Source: a virus. Taken from it: 64,000 nt of DNA. Where the stretch lies: IMG/VR virus record IMGVR_UViG_3300010158_000036, positions 32,001-96,000 of that record; one strand, given 5' to 3'. A program made the position numbers and the translations under genes. Shown here piece by piece: positions 59,718 to 64,000 of the stretch. Each line of letters starts with the position of its first letter. Position 1 is the stretch's first letter. The notes under the pieces were generated by a model. That model did no database searches, was not told the DNA's origin, and was given only the letters and a program-made list of their open reading frames with translations.

Positions 59718-60491
59718 TCATAAGAATGGATTCATTTCTAGGAGTGAATTGAATGTAGTTCTATCAAGATCCGACATTGGAAGTCGAATATGCAATTCAG
59801 AATAAAATCCTTCAGCTAGTTTTTGCGGATCAGGTACTATCTGAGTAATTCCAAGTACTCGATTCGTCCATTGTTCCCAGGCATCTTTAAATACAGTGTG
59901 AACCTTTATGCCCGACTCCCGCACAAGTTTTGCAAATAATACCTCATCATTTCCCCATCCAATTGCGATTAATTGTTGATTAATATCTCGGTGTCCATCC
60001 ACATTTAAGCCGAGAGCCCATGTCCATTCAATTAGTTCAGTGAAATCCATCGGCACGGGTGACATAACCTTAGACCATACATCATGATGAGCTATAATCG
60101 ACCCCGTTGCGAGATGTTCTTCACTTCCAAAAGCTGATACTAGTTTATTATCGGGAACATCCTTAATAGCATTAAGGAAGCGTCTACTAGCTGGGAACTG
60201 ATCCATACCAGTTACGGCAACAACCTCACCTGGGAATAAACGCGGTCCATGGATAATTGCCATAGTTGCCTTCCAATTTCTCCCGGGTGGAGGTGTAAAT
60301 GGAACAGTGCTTCTATCTTCAAGAACACGTACATCACCAGTCTTCGGAATCGCAGCTGCATTAGTACCATTTGATACAAATACTAGGCCAGTTTTAATTC
60401 CCAGCTTTGCCCACAGTTTCTCATGCATTTCATAGAATCCTTCATAAAAAGGATTTCCATCCCACACTAACATTACTCTATCAATTTTCAT
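59718..60491 (-). CDS. Hypothetical, possible glycosyltransferase-like protein
   Basis: NPFY.GF, GMDQFP, WGNDE; sits in the sugar-modification cluster; start moved to 60491. Confidence 0.45.
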   Translation of the reverse strand: MKIDRVMLVWDGNPFYEGFYEMHEKLWAKLGIKTGLVFVSNGTNAAAIPKTGDVRVLEDRSTVPFTPPPGRNWKATMAIIHGPRLFPGEVVAVTGMDQFPASRRFLNAIKDVPDNKLVSAFGSEEHLATGSIIAHHDVWSKVMSPVPMDFTELIEWTWALGLNVDGHRDINQQLIAIGWGNDEVLFAKLVRESGIKVHTVFKDAWEQWTNRVLGITQIVPDPQKLAEGFYSELHIRLPMSDLDRTTFNSLLEMNPFL

Positions 60492-60495
60492 TAAG

Positions 60496-61266
60496 TTAAT
60501 ATTTCCAATTATTTGCTTCACGATCAAGATCACTAACAACAGCCCCTGTGGCTGCATACGGATCCATGATACAAAGAGGGTGTTCTGCAAGCTCATGAGT
60601 GATGGTTAGTCCCATATTATTACAGATGAGTTCAAAATACTTCCATGTCAGATTCCGACATACATGTTCAGATGTCCATCCCATACGGGTTGTTAGCCAA
60701 TTTTTCTCAGTCCATTGTCGGAGTTCTGGAAAGCTAGACTTATCACAACGGGTCAAAAACTTAGTTTTGTATAATGCTGTCATAGTTTTAAGCATCGAAA
60801 TGCGGTCATTATGAGAAAGAGTAGCATACTCATTATTGTATTGTTTAATGTCGATATCATAGAATAACATTCCATGCCAGTTGGGAATCCGTAAAACAGT
60901 CTCTGCATTACAGTTTAATGATGTGAATACGTTCTGTGGCTCATCTTCAAATGTATTAAGAGGACCACAATGTTTTAAGCTCTCACATATAAGAGTATCT
61001 ACATGTGAGAATCTGAAATCTTTTAATCTCTCGGCAGTGCAATCAGCTATATCAGTTCCTAAACCTTTCCACATCTCTACTGGATTAAAGCATACCAACT
61101 CAAACGGATTTCCATTCAAACCATTGTAGGCTCTAAAATAGTTCAGAATGGGAACAATACGACAACTTCCTACTATACAGATTGTATAGAAGGATTTAGG
61201 ATTACCAAATGAATATTCATTTCGTTCATAATGTTCTCGAAGTATATTAGTTGTGATTGGAGTCAT
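60496..61266 (-). CDS. Hypothetical protein of the sugar-modification cluster
   Basis: 256 aa; IVGSCR and terminal T.EH reminiscent of SGNH/WcbI-like proteins. Confidence 0.4.
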   Translation of the reverse strand: MTPITTNILREHYERNEYSFGNPKSFYTICIVGSCRIVPILNYFRAYNGLNGNPFELVCFNPVEMWKGLGTDIADCTAERLKDFRFSHVDTLICESLKHCGPLNTFEDEPQNVFTSLNCNAETVLRIPNWHGMLFYDIDIKQYNNEYATLSHNDRISMLKTMTALYKTKFLTRCDKSSFPELRQWTEKNWLTTRMGWTSEHVCRNLTWKYFELICNNMGLTITHELAEHPLCIMDPYAATGAVVSDLDREANNWKY

Positions 61267-61922
61267 TAGCTTACAAGGATATCAAATTGTGGTTCAGTCC
61301 ATTCAAGGTCTTGTGGATATATCTGAAAATTACTATAACCGAGACTTTTGAGACGTTCAACAATATCATCAGCACAACATCCATTGGTTTTTAGAGCTTC
61401 AGAATTGATCTCGATAAACATAATCGGGCGATGTTTTTTAAGGGTCTTCGATATTCCTTGTATTACGTCATATTCCCATCCTTCTGCATCTATCTTAATA
61501 AATCCTGGTGGGGGAAGATCAAGAAAATCTAAAGGAATTGCTGATACTTCAATAGAGCCATCAAATGTAACTCTAGACGCTCCCGCATTATCATATTGAG
61601 CAAGCCGGAGCTTTCCTTCCGCTGCGGAAGCTGCAATATTAAGCAGAGTGGCTTCTGGACAATTATGTGAAAGACACTTGAATGCGAGAGGATTTGGTTC
61701 TACTGCAACAACATTTTTTCCAAGGTCAAGATAGAATCTTGTGTGATCTCCGATAAAAGCTCCGATATCCCATACTACTTCAATATTATCGAGCCACGGA
61801 GTCATGATCTCAAAAAGTGCAGGATCACATTTAATTGTTCCCCATTCACGAGACCATTTTGATATATGAGTATCATTAGCAATGACCCATTGACCGTTCG
61901 GCAATTCTTCGATTTCGTTCAT
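61266..61922 (-). CDS. FkbM-family SAM methyltransferase
   Basis: WDIGAFIGDH, AVEPNP, FIKIDAEGWE, P.MFIE; start moved to 61922. Confidence 0.9.
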   Translation of the reverse strand: MNEIEELPNGQWVIANDTHISKWSREWGTIKCDPALFEIMTPWLDNIEVVWDIGAFIGDHTRFYLDLGKNVVAVEPNPLAFKCLSHNCPEATLLNIAASAAEGKLRLAQYDNAGASRVTFDGSIEVSAIPLDFLDLPPPGFIKIDAEGWEYDVIQGISKTLKKHRPIMFIEINSEALKTNGCCADDIVERLKSLGYSNFQIYPQDLEWTEPQFDILVS

Positions 61923-62974
61923 GGTTGAAAGAATGGGATTTGATGTTCCTTTGAGATAACCAATGTATGCGGACCATAACATGTATAAATACGGGAGTTG
62001 CAAGGATTAGCAGTAATCCAATCTTTTAACGGCTGTCGATATTCATCAAAATTGGCATCATGAAATAGTACATATCGTGATGTATTAGCAAACATATAAA
62101 ACCAGTCCAAACGATCATCGGCCTGATCATCAACAAGTACTACTCCCCATTGTTGTTTTGATAATTCTTCAAGTAATTCCCGGTTCTGTTTCAAGACTTC
62201 ATGAGACGGACCAGAATAATTCATAAATTTCAATCTCCATTCATCATGCATTTCTGTCGTAACAAGATGATGTCCGAGTGCGGAACAGATAGCATGAAGA
62301 CATGGTGTGGAGAAATGACCAGATCCGATCTCAAGTACTGGTCCATTACCAACGGCAACACACGCCATCAATGGTGGTAAATGACTTCCCCAATTTAAAG
62401 TTTCTATAGCAGGATTAGTTTCATTCATTTTATTATTTCTTCTATTTATTTTATTTTTTTTAGATTTGATATTTCTGATTCTAAGAATGTCTTGGGGAAT
62501 AATAGAAGAATCTATTATATCAATTGTGCAATCCGGCCATAGAAGTCGAATAAATGTAGATAATCGAGTTTGATCCTCAGGATTAAAGAGACGTAGATCA
62601 TCAATTAGAATAATATCATCAAAACTACGCGGACTAAAGCTCAAGGCGATAAGTTCGTTAATAAGTGGAAGGTCTGGTTGTAATAGATTGAAGTATCCGA
62701 TTGGATGAGCATCAAGCCAAAAAGTTGCTGGAGCATCTAGTGTAGAAACAATATTGGCAAGAAATAAAGCTGAGTCTCCAAAAGCGAAAACAATGTTTGA
62801 TGATTGTGGTAGAGGTTGATTAACATCCCATTTATTATCCGATTCAAGATCAACAGTCCAGATTCGCTCAAACCCAGCCTCAAGTGCTGCTCGTACACCT
62901 TCCCCAAGATAAGTTCCTGTTTCTACAAATATGGGGTTCAAATGAGCTCTAAGTATATCGGTATTTAATGGCAT
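61919..62974 (-). CDS. Two fused class I methyltransferase-like domains
   Basis: FVETGTYLGEG, FWLDAH, ILIDD; second domain VLEIGSG.FST, VLVD, LFHD. Confidence 0.7.
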   Translation of the reverse strand: MPLNTDILRAHLNPIFVETGTYLGEGVRAALEAGFERIWTVDLESDNKWDVNQPLPQSSNIVFAFGDSALFLANIVSTLDAPATFWLDAHPIGYFNLLQPDLPLINELIALSFSPRSFDDIILIDDLRLFNPEDQTRLSTFIRLLWPDCTIDIIDSSIIPQDILRIRNIKSKKNKINRRNNKMNETNPAIETLNWGSHLPPLMACVAVGNGPVLEIGSGHFSTPCLHAICSALGHHLVTTEMHDEWRLKFMNYSGPSHEVLKQNRELLEELSKQQWGVVLVDDQADDRLDWFYMFANTSRYVLFHDANFDEYRQPLKDWITANPCNSRIYTCYGPHTLVISKEHQIPFFQP

Positions 62975-62975
62975 A

Positions 62976-63701
62976 TCAAATATTTATTGATAGTATTTCT
63001 TCTATTTGTTGTTTAATATCGGGGGTAACCCTACCCCAAGACCAAAATTGTTTGGCATATAGTTCAGGTAAAGGATCTTTAGATGAATCAATAAAATTAA
63101 ATTTTTCAGGCATAAACTTTTCGGCAATAGCTCCAAGAATATTAAATTCGGATAGTTCTCTACCAGATACTTCATTAATAAATTGTGTAAAAGTTCTACC
63201 ACAATTCTTTTCAATATGAGTTCTCGTAAATTCCAATAAGTCTCTATTATATGTTAATGGCATACGTCGCATATATTCAAACTCTACTGGAAATCCTACC
63301 GCATTTTCTGTTATACTTTGCCACGGACACTCAATTGTATTATATGCGGTTTTAACTAGATTTATACAGCCCGACTCAGATATTATTAAATTTGGTGTTG
63401 TATCTCGTATGAAGATTACATCAGAATCAACAAAACAAATTGCATCGGATTTACACCAAGTATCTGCCAACATTTTAGTCCCCTGTTGACCAACATAATC
63501 ATCTGTGTTTAATTTATCACAAATATAAAATTCAGTTCCAAATTCAGAAGCTATTGGCTCAATAACTATTTTTGATGATTCAGGAGTTACTATAATAATA
63601 TTAGAAAAATTCTTACAAAATTTATGTATAGATTTAAGACAATATGGTAACCATTGAGCATCTCCTACATATGTACGAATAAAAATATCTATTGTTTGCA
63701 T
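62976..63701 (-). CDS. GT-A-fold glycosyltransferase-like protein
   Basis: DIFIRTY..D..WL..CLKSI, QQ..K, FVDSD, SEFNILG. Confidence 0.7.
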   Translation of the reverse strand: MQTIDIFIRTYVGDAQWLPYCLKSIHKFCKNFSNIIIVTPESSKIVIEPIASEFGTEFYICDKLNTDDYVGQQGTKMLADTWCKSDAICFVDSDVIFIRDTTPNLIISESGCINLVKTAYNTIECPWQSITENAVGFPVEFEYMRRMPLTYNRDLLEFTRTHIEKNCGRTFTQFINEVSGRELSEFNILGAIAEKFMPEKFNFIDSSKDPLPELYAKQFWSWGRVTPDIKQQIEEILSINI

Positions 63702-63716
63702 TATATTATATTGTTA

Positions 63717-64000
63717 TTATTCATGTAATTTTGGTTCTGTGGAGAATACAGCAGCAGCTAATTCTTTTCCACTAAGTTTACCAGATTTATACGCAACACG
63801 CAATTCATCAATAGTGTCATGCAATTCATGAATTACATCTATAATCTTATCGTGCTTTTTAGTCATAAGTTCAGAATCCAAATTTTCAATTAGATCAAAT
63901 AAATGATCATTAATGGATTTCTTCTTAGGAGATTCCGATAATATTAATTTTCTCTTTGAAGGAATTTCCAGAATGGTTAATGCTGTATCGACAATAGACT
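63717..64000 (-). CDS. Partial ORF, start beyond the window
   Basis: Manual translation SIVDTALTILEIPSKRKLILSES...KLHE*; N-terminal motif like the other late proteins. Confidence 0.55.
   Translation of the reverse strand, partial: SIVDTALTILEIPSKRKLILSESPKKKSINDHLFDLIENLDSELMTKKHDKIIDVIHELHDTIDELRVAYKSGKLSGKELAAAVFSTEPKLHE

Overview
AT-rich 64-kb segment of a large T4-like myophage, standard genetic code. 1-11.8 kb: baseplate/tail and replication core (hub, gp53, gp48, gp4, gp2, gp54, gp26/gp51, gp29-like tape measure, gp32, gp59, gp33). 12-52 kb: a mostly minus-strand accessory region driven by a repeated early-promoter cassette. It carries an NAD-dependent ligase, two deaminases, a DEDDh exonuclease, a DenV-like glycosylase, PhoH, ThyX, a broken TnpB, YopX paralogs, a metallophosphoesterase-nucleotidyltransferase-macrodomain trio, two radical SAM enzymes flanked by two 'RKSVWE[ST]NSSST' proteins, and RtcB. 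52-58 kb: 15 recognisable tRNAs mixed with many non-canonical structured RNAs and an HNH endonuclease. 59-64 kb: ClpP-like protease and a glycosyl/methyltransferase cluster. Best leads: (1) the radical SAM + E[ST]NSSST protein module; (2) a 71-nt tmRNA reduced to its tRNA-like domain; (3) CCA-ended tRNA mimics and an ~700-nt non-coding leader of the tRNA operon; (4) an in-phase -1 slippery site fusing gp26 to gp51 just before the tape measure; (5) late-promoter genes sharing a capsid-targeting-like N-terminus, including ART-like and PRTase cargo; (6) a 25-bp palindrome tied to the early promoter cassettes. All calls come from manual motif reading; no searches were run.
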